A stretch of DNA of 58,264 nt, the filler included, from an uncultured bacterium (GTDB lineage: Bacteria > DAOPZR01): the NCBI GenBank assembly GCA_964637655.1. It is 2 parts of 2 records of this genome, joined end to end, with 100 filler letters (N's around TTAATTAATTAA, not from the genome) between each part and the next. Parts side by side here need not be neighbours in the genome. Positions count along the whole stretch, not along the records: positions 29,365 to 58,264 come from CAZWUZ010000016.1; 1 more part is not named here. One strand, written 5' to 3'. Made by a program: the position numbers and the translations under genes. This document shows positions 45,439 through 55,663 of this stretch, in pieces. The notes under the pieces are model-generated. The model saw nothing but the letters and a program-made list of their open reading frames with translations. It was not told the DNA's origin and did no database searches. Position 1 is the first letter of the stretch, and each line of letters begins with the position of its first letter.

Positions 45439-46577
45439 TGCTGCGCATCGCGCAGGTGCCGCTGAAGTATCCGCCGGCGCTGGGCGGGGTGGAGAAGGTC
45501 GCCGCGCAGCAGTGCCGTATTCTCGCTGACGCCGGGCATCAGGTGACGGTCTTTACCACGCAGTACGACGCTGCCTGGCGGCCGCTGGACGCCCCGGCCG
45601 AGGAAGTGCGTGACGGCATCCGCGTGCGCCGCTTTACCGGGCGCTGGCTGCGCGGCCTCAAGTATCCGCTGGTCCCCGGACTGGCGGCGGCGCTGCAGGC
45701 CGCGGACGCCGACGTCCTGCACGCGCATTCCTTCTGGTACCACAACCTGCTCGCGGCGCAACGCGCACGCCGTGCCCGGCGCCTGCCGCTCATCATCCAG
45801 CCGCACTTCGACTGGAAACGCTCATGGTTCCATACGCCCTACCGCGTGCTGCTCGGGCGCCGGCTGCTGCAGGCGGAACTGGTCATCTGCGTGTCGCGGT
45901 TCGAGGCGGACCTGCTGCGCACGGCCGGCCTGCCGTACGGGCGCATGGCGGTGCTCCCCAACGCTGTCGACCTGCGCGAGTTTGCCGCGCCGGCACCGCG
46001 GCCCGCAGCGGCGGCAACCGCGCCGTATGCCGGGCGCCCGTATCTGCTCAGCGTCGGGCGCGTGTCGGAAGGGAAAGGGAGCGACCTGCTGCTGGCGCTG
46101 GCCGCGCGCCTGCGTGACGAGCGCGCGGCGGAGTTCGTGCTGGTGGCCGGTCCTGACGGCGGCGGGCTGGCAGCCGCGCAGCGGGCGGCCGCGCGCGACG
46201 GGCTCGGCGAGTACATCGTGTTTGCCGGGGCGCTGCCGCGGGCGGAACTGCTCGCGCTGTTTGCCCACGCCCGGGCCTACGTGCACGCGAGCCGGGCGGA
46301 AGCGTTCGGTATTGTGCTGGCCGAGGCGCTGGCGGCCGGTCTGCCCGTTATCGCACCGCGTGCGTTCGCCGCGGCGGAAATTGTCAGCGACGGTGAAAAC
46401 GGGCTGCTCTATCCGCCGGATGATGCCGGCGCGCTCGCCGGCGCGGTGCGGCAGTTGCGTGATGCGGGCCGGCGCACGGCCATGGCGGCCGCGGCCCGCG
46501 CCGCCGCCGCGCGGTTCGACCTGGTCCCGTACGGCAGACACCTGCTGGAACTGTACGCCGCGGTGGTGTCAGGCTGA
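45438..46577 (+). CDS. GT4 glycosyltransferase
   Basis: PPALGGVE, VGRV..GKG, EAFGIVLAEALAAGLPVI, ENGLL. Confidence 0.92.
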   Translation: MLRIAQVPLKYPPALGGVEKVAAQQCRILADAGHQVTVFTTQYDAAWRPLDAPAEEVRDGIRVRRFTGRWLRGLKYPLVPGLAAALQAADADVLHAHSFWYHNLLAAQRARRARRLPLIIQPHFDWKRSWFHTPYRVLLGRRLLQAELVICVSRFEADLLRTAGLPYGRMAVLPNAVDLREFAAPAPRPAAAATAPYAGRPYLLSVGRVSEGKGSDLLLALAARLRDERAAEFVLVAGPDGGGLAAAQRAAARDGLGEYIVFAGALPRAELLALFAHARAYVHASRAEAFGIVLAEALAAGLPVIAPRAFAAAEIVSDGENGLLYPPDDAGALAGAVRQLRDAGRRTAMAAAARAAAARFDLVPYGRHLLELYAAVVSG

Positions 46578-46578
46578 G

Positions 46579-48168
46579 TCAAGGGGTGACGGTGTCGGCG
46601 GGGCAGTAATACACGGTGCCTGCGCCGGGAAACTCCCGCAGCGTGACGAGCGGCACCTGCCGCCGGATATCGTCCGCGGTTACCAGGTAGTAGCGCCAGC
46701 GCACTTCCTCAAGCATGACCAGATAGCCGTTGCCGCGGCGGAGGGTCTCCGCCATGGCGGCAATGTCGCGGGCCGGGTCGATGGGGTGCTGCGAATTCGG
46801 GTTGAACTTGTAGGGCACCGTGATGGCCGGACGGCCGGTGAGCGCGTAGATGATGTCCTGCCCGTTAGCATAGAGCGGCACGCCTGCCGGCAACCCGCGC
46901 ACGGCGCTGATGATGGCGGTATGCCGCCAGCGGGCGAACCCCATCCCCTCACCGGTGTTCCGGATATGGCTGTAGCGGAGGGAGAACGCCCCGACCAGCA
47001 GCGCGCCGAGGAGGACCACGCCGACGCCCAGGACATGGCAGGCAGCCGGGGCCGCGGTTCGCGCCAGGGCGAAGAGACGCGCCCCGGCGCTCCACAGCAC
47101 AATGACGAGGGCGGGAAACACCGGCGACAGCAGGCGATGGTCGAGCGGGGTGTGCGCGTCGATGACGGAGATCGAGACGAGCAGGAACGGCACGTAGACC
47201 GCGGCGAACAGCATGGCGATGAACACTGCCGGGCGGCGAACGGCAAACCCGTGCAGCGTCCGCAGGCGCAGCCGGACACCGGCGTGGCGGGTGACGTGCC
47301 AGGCGAGGCCGGCGGCGGCGGCCGCGAGCAGCGCGAAGAGCAGCGCGCGCGGGGCGGGCGGAATGGCCTGCGGCAGCAGCCACTTGGTGACCACTCCGGC
47401 GCCCATGCGCAGGTGACCGGCACTGACCGGATGCCAGGCCAGCGTCCGCCCGGCGGCAGTGCCGGCGACAGCATGATTGCGCAGTGACCAGAGTGCGGGC
47501 AGCAGCAGCCCGAGGCAGAGAAACAGCGCCAGCGCCAGCGCGCGGCGGCGCGGGGCGAAGGCGGGATGCAGCAGGAGCGCGAGCGCCCCGGCGATGAAGG
47601 CCGCCACACCCGCGTAGCGGGTGAGCCAGGCAGCGGCGAAGCAGAACGCTGCCGCTGCGACCGGGAGCAGGGTGCGGGTCTGCAGGGCACGGGTAAGCAG
47701 CAGCCAGGCGGCGAGCAGCAGCAGCAGGAAGAGCGGCTCCGAGAGGGCCATGCAGGCGAGTGCGAAGAGGTCGACGGAGAGCGCGACAGTCATGGCGGCC
47801 CCCAGCGCCGGCAGGAACGGCGGCCCGGTGGCGCTTGCGGTGAGCAGACAGACCATGATGACGGTGCCGGCGAGGCAGAGCGCATTGACCAGACCGGCGG
47901 CGGTTTCCGGGGTGCCGGCGAGGCGGGCCAGCGCGGCGAGCACGGCGGGATAGAGCGGCGGGTAGCCGACTACCGGGACCGGCTGTGCGGTAGCGTAACT
48001 GAGCGCATAGTACCGGCCGTGCGCACCCAGTTCGCGCGCGGCGTCGAGATAGACGGTGCTGTCGTGGTTCAGCCCGATGCCATACTGCCGGAACGGACCG
48101 AGCAGCAGCACGACCGGCAGCAGGGCGGCACAAGCCAGGGGGAGCAGGAACTGCCGGGGGGAGATCAT
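46579..48168 (-). CDS. GT-C fold membrane glycosyltransferase (ArnT/PMT_2-like)
   Basis: TM1 followed by NHDSTVY, YPPLYP, LSEPLF, LTRYAG, RLLSP; multi-TM. Confidence 0.78.
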   Translation of the reverse strand: MISPRQFLLPLACAALLPVVLLLGPFRQYGIGLNHDSTVYLDAARELGAHGRYYALSYATAQPVPVVGYPPLYPAVLAALARLAGTPETAAGLVNALCLAGTVIMVCLLTASATGPPFLPALGAAMTVALSVDLFALACMALSEPLFLLLLLAAWLLLTRALQTRTLLPVAAAAFCFAAAWLTRYAGVAAFIAGALALLLHPAFAPRRRALALALFLCLGLLLPALWSLRNHAVAGTAAGRTLAWHPVSAGHLRMGAGVVTKWLLPQAIPPAPRALLFALLAAAAAGLAWHVTRHAGVRLRLRTLHGFAVRRPAVFIAMLFAAVYVPFLLVSISVIDAHTPLDHRLLSPVFPALVIVLWSAGARLFALARTAAPAACHVLGVGVVLLGALLVGAFSLRYSHIRNTGEGMGFARWRHTAIISAVRGLPAGVPLYANGQDIIYALTGRPAITVPYKFNPNSQHPIDPARDIAAMAETLRRGNGYLVMLEEVRWRYYLVTADDIRRQVPLVTLREFPGAGTVYYCPADTVTP

Positions 48169-48377
48169 GACAGAACAGTTGTCAGGCCGCCGGGCAGCCC
48201 CTGCCCACCCGCCAGGTTCGATTGTTCCGCCGCGCGGTTGCGACCAGACGAGCGCATGCACAACCTCCGCCGGCAGTATAGCAGATTGGCGAAGTGAACG
48301 GTATGCGCGTGTCCCGGACAGGGCGGAATATGCTATACTTGCGCGCAGCAGATACGGAAGACAGATCAGGAAACGGA

Positions 48378-49529
48378 ATGTCACAGGATACCGCACCGCC
48401 CGACCAGCTTGCCGTCAGTGTCCGCCTGCCGCAGCTTGACATTCTCCGTGGCATCGCCATCCTGCTGGTCCTTGGCCGGCACAAGCCGCTTATTTACCTG
48501 TGGTACAAACTGGGCTGGACCGGGGTTGACCTGTTTTTTGTGCTCAGCGGTTTTCTTATCGCCAATCTGCTGTTTGGCGAGTTCCGGCGGTCCGGCACCA
48601 TTGACGTGTGGCGTTTCTACCTGCGCCGCGCGTTCAAAATCTACCCCGGCTTCTACCTGCTCATCGGGCTTACGCCGTTGTTGTTCGCGCTGACGGGCAA
48701 GGAATATACCGGCCGTCAGATACTGCACGAACTGCTGTTCATCCAGAATTACTGCGGGGGGCTGTTTTACCGGCACACGTGGTCGCTGGCTATCGAGGAG
48801 CATTTCTACCTGCTGCTGCCGCTGCTCCTGCTGGCGTTGATCCGCAACCGCCGCGGTGCGGCGGATCCGTTTGCCGCGCTGCCGGCCTTCTTCGCGGTGC
48901 TTGCCGTGGTGCTGATCATGGCCCGGCAGGTGACCTTTCAATGCCTGCCGTTCATGCTCGAGACCCACCATTTTCCGACCCACCTGCGCATCGACGCCCT
49001 GCTGTTCGGGGTGCTGCTGGCATACCTGTGCACCTTCCGCCGTCTCCTCGACCGGCTGGGGCCGTGGCAGGTGGCCGTCATGGCCGCGCTCGGTGTGCTG
49101 CTGGTGCTGCCCGCCGCTTTCCTGGATCTGGCGTCCGCGACGATGAACACGGTCGGACTGACCGGGCTCTATCTCGGCTACGGGCTGCTCATGCTCGCGG
49201 TACTCAAGATCCCCGTGCCTGTGCAGGGACTGTCGCGGTGCGCGTACCGGGTGCTGGCCGAACCGGTCGCCACCATCGGCAAATACTCCTATTCGATTTA
49301 CCTGTGGCACATGGGGATCAGCCACTGGGTGCGCCAGTGGTATCAGGCCTACTGCCCCGAGGGCTGGGAGCGCACCAGCGAATGGTTCGTGTACCTGATC
49401 GTTTCGCTGGGGACGGGCATCCTGCTGGCAAAAGTCGTCGAATTTCCGTTCCTGCGCCTGCGTGACCGGCTGTATCCGTCGCGGGTCGGGGCCCGGGCCG
49501 CCGGCGGCAGCAGTTCGCCTGCCGCCTGA
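48378..49529 (+). CDS. Acyltransferase family 3 (OafA-like O-acyltransferase)
   Basis: LDILRGIAILLV, GVDLFFVLSGFLI, FYLRRAFKIYP, HTWSLAIEEHFY, YSIYLWH. Confidence 0.93.
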   Translation: MSQDTAPPDQLAVSVRLPQLDILRGIAILLVLGRHKPLIYLWYKLGWTGVDLFFVLSGFLIANLLFGEFRRSGTIDVWRFYLRRAFKIYPGFYLLIGLTPLLFALTGKEYTGRQILHELLFIQNYCGGLFYRHTWSLAIEEHFYLLLPLLLLALIRNRRGAADPFAALPAFFAVLAVVLIMARQVTFQCLPFMLETHHFPTHLRIDALLFGVLLAYLCTFRRLLDRLGPWQVAVMAALGVLLVLPAAFLDLASATMNTVGLTGLYLGYGLLMLAVLKIPVPVQGLSRCAYRVLAEPVATIGKYSYSIYLWHMGISHWVRQWYQAYCPEGWERTSEWFVYLIVSLGTGILLAKVVEFPFLRLRDRLYPSRVGARAAGGSSSPAA

Positions 49530-49691
49530 GCGCGGGTGTCATCATCCCGGCAGCATGGACGCCGCCAGGCGGATGTTCTATACTCCATTGCTGTAAACGG
49601 CCCGGTCCTGGCGGTGGCCGACGGAATGTGCAGCCGGCAACCGGAGGCCGCGGCGCTCCCGCGTGCAGGCGCACCGGAATGAGGAGAGGGC

Positions 49692-50447
49692 ATGGGCATA
49701 GTCGGGAACATACTGCGCGCGGCGCTGCCGGCTGATCTGGCACCGGAGGCGCAGGCGCTTTCCCGCGAGGTAAAGCGACGGCTGCTCTGGTGGCTGCGCC
49801 GGGGCGTGACGGGAGCCGACCGCCGGGTGCGGGAAACCTACCTGCACGGGCACGCGGAGCCGAAACTGCACATCGGCTGCGCCGGTCACCTGCTGGACGG
49901 CTGGCTGAACACCGACCATTTTCCGGCATTGCCGGCGGTGGTCCACCTTGACGCGACGCAGCCCTTTCCCTTTGCCGACGCGACGTTCACGTGTATCTAC
50001 AGCGAGCATATGATCGAGCATATCCCGCATGCACAGGGGGGAGCGATGCTGCGCGAGTGCCGGCGGGTGCTGCGTCCGGACGGCAGCATCCGTCTCGCCA
50101 CGCCGGATCTGCGTTTCCTGCTTGCCCTCGGCGGCGACGTGCTGACGGAAGCGCAGCAGCGCTACCTGGCCTGGTCGGCGCAGCAGTTCCTGCCGGCAGA
50201 GTCCGGCATGACCGCTGCCCCGGTAATCAACCACTACTGTCACGGCTTCGGACACCGGTTCATCTACGACGAACCGACCTTGCGGCAGGCCCTGGTGCAG
50301 GCCGGGTTCACGGCTATCAGCCGCATGGAGATCGGGCAGAGTCAGGTGCCGGCACTGTGCGGCCTGGAACACACGGCCCGACTGCCTCAGGGATTTTTGC
50401 AGCTGGAAACGATGGTGCTGGAGGCGCGGCCGGCCGGGCAGCGGTAA
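49692..50447 (+). CDS. Class I SAM-dependent methyltransferase
   Basis: KLHIGC..GWLNTD, PFPFAD, SEHMIEH, ECRRVLRPDG.IRLATPD; GAGGAG SD. Confidence 0.88.
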   Translation: MGIVGNILRAALPADLAPEAQALSREVKRRLLWWLRRGVTGADRRVRETYLHGHAEPKLHIGCAGHLLDGWLNTDHFPALPAVVHLDATQPFPFADATFTCIYSEHMIEHIPHAQGGAMLRECRRVLRPDGSIRLATPDLRFLLALGGDVLTEAQQRYLAWSAQQFLPAESGMTAAPVINHYCHGFGHRFIYDEPTLRQALVQAGFTAISRMEIGQSQVPALCGLEHTARLPQGFLQLETMVLEARPAGQR

Positions 50448-51412
50448 CTGGCGGGGCCGGGCCGGATGCCGTAGCGCAGCGCGTCGCTGAAACCGAGCAG
50501 GTAGCCGGTGATTTCCGAGAGCACGCGGTTGAGTAGCGCCCGCAGAAACAAGCCGACAAATGACCAGATCAGGGCAGCGAACGCCAGGGGGGTTTTGCGC
50601 ACGTTCTTGCGGAAATGATACAGGTAGTTGCTGACAAACATGCGGGCATGGTCGCGCCGCGCCAACTGGGTGGTATGCAGCGCGCGATGATAGACCAGTG
50701 CCGCAGGATTGAAAAACAGCCGGTGTTCGCGCGACACGCGGAAACCGAAATCGGTATCCTCCAGCACGCAGTAGCCGTTCAGGGCAGGATCGAACAGGTA
50801 GCGTTCACAGATCTCCCGCCGGAAAATCATCGCGTAGCCTTCGACCATGGCCGTGTCCACCAGCCGGTGCTGCTCAAGCGGGTGGCGGGGCATACCGTTC
50901 GGGAGAAAACCGCCGTGCCCGTAATGGCCCATGCAGAAAAAACGTTTGAACCGCTGGCTGGGGATGCGCAGCGGGCGGAAAGCCGGATCATCTGTCCACA
51001 TGGCGCTGCCGCCCGCGTAATCGGGGCCGAGCGCCTGCAGGGTGCCCGCCATCTGGGCAATGAAATCGGGCTGGACAAGGGTGTCGTCATCGATGAACAG
51101 GATAAACGCGCCGCGGGCAAGGCCAATGCCGAGGTTGCGGCTGCGGGTCAGGGAGAATACCGGCTGCGCGGGCCGGTGGTGGATGAACCGGAACGGCAGC
51201 GACTGGCGGGTGAACGCGGCAAGCATCGTGCTCGTGCGCTCGTCGGTGGAATCGTCGATGACGACGACCTCATCGGGGCACACGGTCTGCCGCAGGAGGT
51301 GCTGCAGCGCCTCCTGCAACACGTCCGGGCGATTGCGGGTGGGAATGACGACAGAAACGGCCGGCTGCTGCGTGGCTGGTGCGGGGGCAGCGGAACCAGG
51401 GGCTGTGGTCAT
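50387..51412 (-). CDS. GT2 glycosyltransferase
   Basis: SVVIPTRNR, VIDDS, SRNLG, FIDDD (DxD), EDTDF. Confidence 0.9.
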   Translation of the reverse strand: MTTAPGSAAPAPATQQPAVSVVIPTRNRPDVLQEALQHLLRQTVCPDEVVVIDDSTDERTSTMLAAFTRQSLPFRFIHHRPAQPVFSLTRSRNLGIGLARGAFILFIDDDTLVQPDFIAQMAGTLQALGPDYAGGSAMWTDDPAFRPLRIPSQRFKRFFCMGHYGHGGFLPNGMPRHPLEQHRLVDTAMVEGYAMIFRREICERYLFDPALNGYCVLEDTDFGFRVSREHRLFFNPAALVYHRALHTTQLARRDHARMFVSNYLYHFRKNVRKTPLAFAALIWSFVGLFLRALLNRVLSEITGYLLGFSDALRYGIRPGPASYRCPAGRASSTIVSSCKNP

Positions 51413-51562
51413 GGCGGGGAAACGCGGCCGGACGGTAGCATGCCTGGCCTTATACCAATGCATACTGATAAAGTCAACCGGTGTGGTGCACGGGGGCAAA
51501 CGGCACGTGCCGGCCCTGACAGCCACATCATCTGCAAGCCTGCGGCCGGCCGGAGACGCGGG

Positions 51563-53152
51563 CTATTCCGGAGACTCCGCCTCCGCGCGGCGCCCCCGCG
51601 TCATGGCTGACGATGCGGACGGGGGCAGGCGGTAGAGACGGAAACCTTCGGTTTCCGTAACGGTCAGATGGTGTCCGGCCAGGGTCGTCGCAAGGGCCGC
51701 ATCAAGTTCGGGATCGGGTGTTTCGCGGCCGGGGATGATGTCGTGGACGAACAGGACTGCGGTGCAGGAGGCCGGCCGGGCAGCGAGGGCCTGCTCCAGA
51801 CCGGCACCAGTGCGGATCAGGTCCGCATACCAGCGTTCCAGGTACCAGGTATCGTGCAGTTGTGAGAGATTGCGATTGGTGAGCACGTAGGTCTGTTCAT
51901 CCGCCTGTGTGTGTGCTACCGCGGCGAACCGCAGGCTGCGGTCCAGCCCGCCGCGGGCGAATTCCTGGTGCCAGAACCACACGTTTGCCGCCAGCCACAG
52001 CATGGCCAGCGCTTTCGCCGCCAGGCGCCACCGGCGCAGCAGCGGGACGAAGCCGAGACCGAGCAGCAGCGCGCACAGCGTACTGCTCTGGAGGACAATG
52101 TAGGAATGGACGAGGAACGCGTTGGCGAAGATCACGGCGTACAGCCCGTAGGTCAGCGCCAGCAGGCCGGCCAGTTGACGGGAGCGCGCGTTGACGCCCG
52201 TCCGCCACAGGCGCAGGATACCGAACGCCAGCAGGATCAGGCCGACCGGATTCAGGTTGAACCAGTGCCAGCGGGTGAACAGCGTGGCGCCGGTGGCAAG
52301 CAGCGACAGGGTGAGCCCTGACAGTGAACGCCCGGTGAACTTGGCGATGAGGGCGGCGGGCGGGACATCAACGACCACCAGCAGGTAGGTGGCGAACAGG
52401 AGGACGACGGCGGCCTGCAGGGCCAGGATCGCGGCCAGCAGCCCGGCGGTGCGCCAGCGCCGTCGCCACGCTTCGCTGAGGAGCAGAACAAGCGGCGGGA
52501 GGATCCCGTCATAGTTGAGCAGGGCGCCGAGCACCGCCGCCCCCGCCAGCCGCAGCGTGTCGCCCGGTAACGGTCTCCGTTGCCAGCGCGGATACAGCAG
52601 AAACATATACAAGGCGGTAATGAGCGTGATATTTTCCGGGATGGCCACCTGGCGCAGGGCCAGCGTTGACGGCAACAGGCACCAGGCAACAAAGGCCGCC
52701 GGCGCAACCGGCCCGCGGCCGCAGTAGCGCACCAGCACACGCCACAGCAGCCAGGCGGCCGGGACGGTCAACAGGATATTGGTGAGGCGAACGGTCCGGT
52801 CCTGCTTGCCGAACCACCAGAATCCGGGGAGATACAGGTAGTTGAACAGCGGCGGCCGTGAAACATAGTGCCGCCCGGGCGGAATCGGACCGGGCGCATA
52901 CGGCAGCAGTTCGAATATGTTGCCGCCGCGGGTTGCAGAAAATCCGTAACCGATATGGGCATAGGCCTGAATCGCCGCCTGGGTGTTGAGCGGATCGAAC
53001 CGGCGGGAAAAGGGCCAGCGGAGGAACACGGCATTGGCGGCGAGCATGATCAGCAATGCTGCCGCGAGCAGCAGGCGCTGCCGGTTGCGGTACCGCTGCC
53101 TGGTGCTGCCGTTTTCAGGCATGGCGGGCGTGCCTGCCGGGCACATGGTCAT
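51563..53152 (-). CDS. GT-C fold membrane glycosyltransferase (ArnT-like); start 53152 or 53122
   Basis: YVSRPPLF motif, RLTNIL, many TM helices and a soluble C-terminal tail; starts directly after the fkbM-family gene stop. Confidence 0.7.
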   Translation of the reverse strand: MTMCPAGTPAMPENGSTRQRYRNRQRLLLAAALLIMLAANAVFLRWPFSRRFDPLNTQAAIQAYAHIGYGFSATRGGNIFELLPYAPGPIPPGRHYVSRPPLFNYLYLPGFWWFGKQDRTVRLTNILLTVPAAWLLWRVLVRYCGRGPVAPAAFVAWCLLPSTLALRQVAIPENITLITALYMFLLYPRWQRRPLPGDTLRLAGAAVLGALLNYDGILPPLVLLLSEAWRRRWRTAGLLAAILALQAAVVLLFATYLLVVVDVPPAALIAKFTGRSLSGLTLSLLATGATLFTRWHWFNLNPVGLILLAFGILRLWRTGVNARSRQLAGLLALTYGLYAVIFANAFLVHSYIVLQSSTLCALLLGLGFVPLLRRWRLAAKALAMLWLAANVWFWHQEFARGGLDRSLRFAAVAHTQADEQTYVLTNRNLSQLHDTWYLERWYADLIRTGAGLEQALAARPASCTAVLFVHDIIPGRETPDPELDAALATTLAGHHLTVTETEGFRLYRLPPSASSAMTRGRRAEAESPE

Positions 53153-53153
53153 C

Positions 53154-53954
53154 TCAGAGTTTTGGGCGCAGGAAAATATGGCACATCCCGTTGCGGGGAA
53201 TGGCTTCAGGCTCAAACGGGAGCAGAACCTCGTCGCCGCCGCAGATATGCAGTTCGCCGGTGTAGGCGGAAAAGTCGATCACCTCCGCCAGGGCCTGCAC
53301 GCTGCCGCCATGCGCGCGGAGCATGTCCGCGGTATTATGGATTTCGATGGCGAGCCGCGGGCGGCGGCGCAGCAGTTCGCGACAACCGCGCAGCACATGC
53401 CACTCGTAGCCCTCCACGTCGAGTTTCAGCACGGTGAACTGTCCGCCGGCCGCATCCAGGTCGTCGCCGGTGACGGCTGGAAACGGGGTGGCACCAGCCG
53501 CGCCGGCGGTCACGCGTGCATTGAACGCGCCGGAAAGGGTGCGCGTGCCCGGGGTTTCAGCAGCGACGGCACAGCGGACACGCGCGTGCGTGAAACCGTT
53601 CAGCGCGCAGTTGGCCTGGGCGATGAGACAGTTGCGGGGCAGGGCCTCGACCCCGGTGACCGCACCGCCTGCGCCCGTGCGCAGCGCCAGCAGTGAGGTG
53701 AAAAACCCGTGATGTGAGCCGATTTCCAGGACCCGGTCGCCAGGCCTGACGAGCGCTGACAGGCCGCGAATCTCAGCGAGCGTCTGCAGATGGCTGTCGG
53801 GATGGTCGTACCAGGTGGCGGCCTCGGCATCGGCAACCCAGAACAGGAAGGCACCGGTGTCGAGGGTAATCGTGCGCGTATAGGGAAAACGGCCGGGTGA
53901 TTCCGGTTTCCGGCCGCGCATGCGGTCCCGAATCGATTGCAGCAGAGTGCGCAT
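53154..53954 (-). CDS. FkbM family methyltransferase
   Basis: RPGDRVLEIGSHHG, VEALPRN, LKLDVEGYEWHVLRG, IEIH. Confidence 0.9.
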   Translation of the reverse strand: MRTLLQSIRDRMRGRKPESPGRFPYTRTITLDTGAFLFWVADAEAATWYDHPDSHLQTLAEIRGLSALVRPGDRVLEIGSHHGFFTSLLALRTGAGGAVTGVEALPRNCLIAQANCALNGFTHARVRCAVAAETPGTRTLSGAFNARVTAGAAGATPFPAVTGDDLDAAGGQFTVLKLDVEGYEWHVLRGCRELLRRRPRLAIEIHNTADMLRAHGGSVQALAEVIDFSAYTGELHICGGDEVLLPFEPEAIPRNGMCHIFLRPKL

Positions 53955-54079
53955 GATAAGCCTCGCGGCGCTGCCATGTTCCGACTGCAGCACACGGGTG
54001 GAGTGTAGCACCGGCGTACTCCCGGCGTCAAACTGACCGATGGTGGACGTTGTCTGCCGGGTGAGGTAAGATACGGCGC

Positions 54080-55663
54080 ATGCATACTGGCAACTGGCGG
54101 CGCTACGGGGTATGGGGGTGCCTGGCCGCAACGCTGCTGCTGGCCTGGCAGCAGCGCTTCATCTGCGATGATGCCTTCATCTCCCTGCGCTACGCGCGGC
54201 ACCTGGTGCAGGGGCAGGGACTGGTGTGGAATCCGGGCGAACGGGTCGAGGGATACACCAACTTCCTCTGGACGCTGTGGCTGGCAGTGCCGCTGCACTG
54301 CGGGAACAACCCGGTAACCTGGATGCACGCGACGGGTATCGCGGCCGCGCTGCTGACGGTGCTGCTGACCTGGTACCTGGGCCGCCGCCTCTGCCGTTCC
54401 GACCACGGCGCGCTGCTTGTCACCCTGCTGCTGGCTACCAACTACTCCTTTGTGGCGTTTGCCACGAGCGGTCTTGAAACCATGGTGCAGACGCTGCTGA
54501 TGGCCGCGCTGCTGTTGCAGGCAACCGTGCTGCTGCAGGACGGAGCGACTCGCCCGCGCCTGCTGCTGCTCTCCGTGCTCGCGCTGCTGGCGGCACTGAA
54601 CCGGCCTGATGGCGTACTCCCCGGGGCGCTGGCCGTGGCTGCCGCGCTCCATGCGCTGCGGCGCGGGGGGGAGGTGCGTGCCGGCCTGCTGGCGGCACTG
54701 CTGCTGCCGGTGCTCGGCGGCGGCACACTCTATGCCGCATGGAAACTGGCGTATTTCGGGGCCCTGCTGCCGAATACGTTCGCGGCGAAGGTCGGCGGCA
54801 CGCCCTGGGCGGCCGGGCTGACCTATCTGTTCTGGTTCAGCGTGTCGTACGCGTACCTGCCGCTGCTCCCGGTGGTACTGGTGCGCCTGCGCCGCGGCCC
54901 GGCGCAGGCCCTGGTGCTGCTGTTTGTCGTGCTCTGGGCGGCCTACGTTGTCGCGGTCGGCGGGGACTTCATGGAGTTCCGCTTCCTCGTGCCGCTGCTG
55001 CCGCCGCTGCTGCTGCTGCTGGTCGGGGCGGTCACGGACGGGCATCTGCCGCGCGTCATCCAGGCGGCGCTGCTGGCGCTGCTGGTGGCGGGGAATCTCC
55101 ATCATGCGCGTTTTTTCGGGCGGACGGTGCGCGTGCCGCAGGTTGAGACGGTCACGCAACTCTCCGGGCATATCTGGAGTTCGACGCACAACTGGGAGGG
55201 CATCGGGCGCCTGCTGGGCGAAGCCTTTCCGGCGCGTGACGTGGGCATCGCCACCTCGGCGGCCGGCGCCATCCCGTATTTCTCCGGTCTGCCGGCGGTG
55301 GACATGCTCGGGTTGTGTGATACGTTTGTGGCGCGGCACGGACTGCCGGCGGGTGACAAAGCCGGCCACCGCCGGTATGCTCCGCTCGCGTACCTTGTGC
55401 AACGTGGCGTACACCTGGTAATCGGCAGTCCGTGGGTCCGCCCGGCAACGGAGACCGGGGCGTTCTACCCGTGGTCAGCCGTCCGTGCCCGGCCGTTCAT
55501 GCACTGGGAGGCCGCAGCACTTCCTGCCGGTGCGGTCATGCTGGAAATCCCGCTGCCGTTCGCGCAGCACCTGCGCGTGCTCTACCTGCAGCCGCACCCG
55601 GCGGTCGAGGCGGCCATTGCCCGCTACGGCTGGCGTCGCGTGCCCGTCGACCGCAACCGCTGA
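54080..55663 (+). CDS. GT-C fold membrane glycosyltransferase (AftB-like 'DDAFI..RYA' family)
   Basis: CDDAFISLRYA, GLVWNPGERVEGYTNFLW, SGLET, RPDG, LPNTFAAK, GGDFMEFRFLVP, AGAIPYFS, DMLGL, KAGH. Confidence 0.82.
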   Translation: MHTGNWRRYGVWGCLAATLLLAWQQRFICDDAFISLRYARHLVQGQGLVWNPGERVEGYTNFLWTLWLAVPLHCGNNPVTWMHATGIAAALLTVLLTWYLGRRLCRSDHGALLVTLLLATNYSFVAFATSGLETMVQTLLMAALLLQATVLLQDGATRPRLLLLSVLALLAALNRPDGVLPGALAVAAALHALRRGGEVRAGLLAALLLPVLGGGTLYAAWKLAYFGALLPNTFAAKVGGTPWAAGLTYLFWFSVSYAYLPLLPVVLVRLRRGPAQALVLLFVVLWAAYVVAVGGDFMEFRFLVPLLPPLLLLLVGAVTDGHLPRVIQAALLALLVAGNLHHARFFGRTVRVPQVETVTQLSGHIWSSTHNWEGIGRLLGEAFPARDVGIATSAAGAIPYFSGLPAVDMLGLCDTFVARHGLPAGDKAGHRRYAPLAYLVQRGVHLVIGSPWVRPATETGAFYPWSAVRARPFMHWEAAALPAGAVMLEIPLPFAQHLRVLYLQPHPAVEAAIARYGWRRVPVDRNR

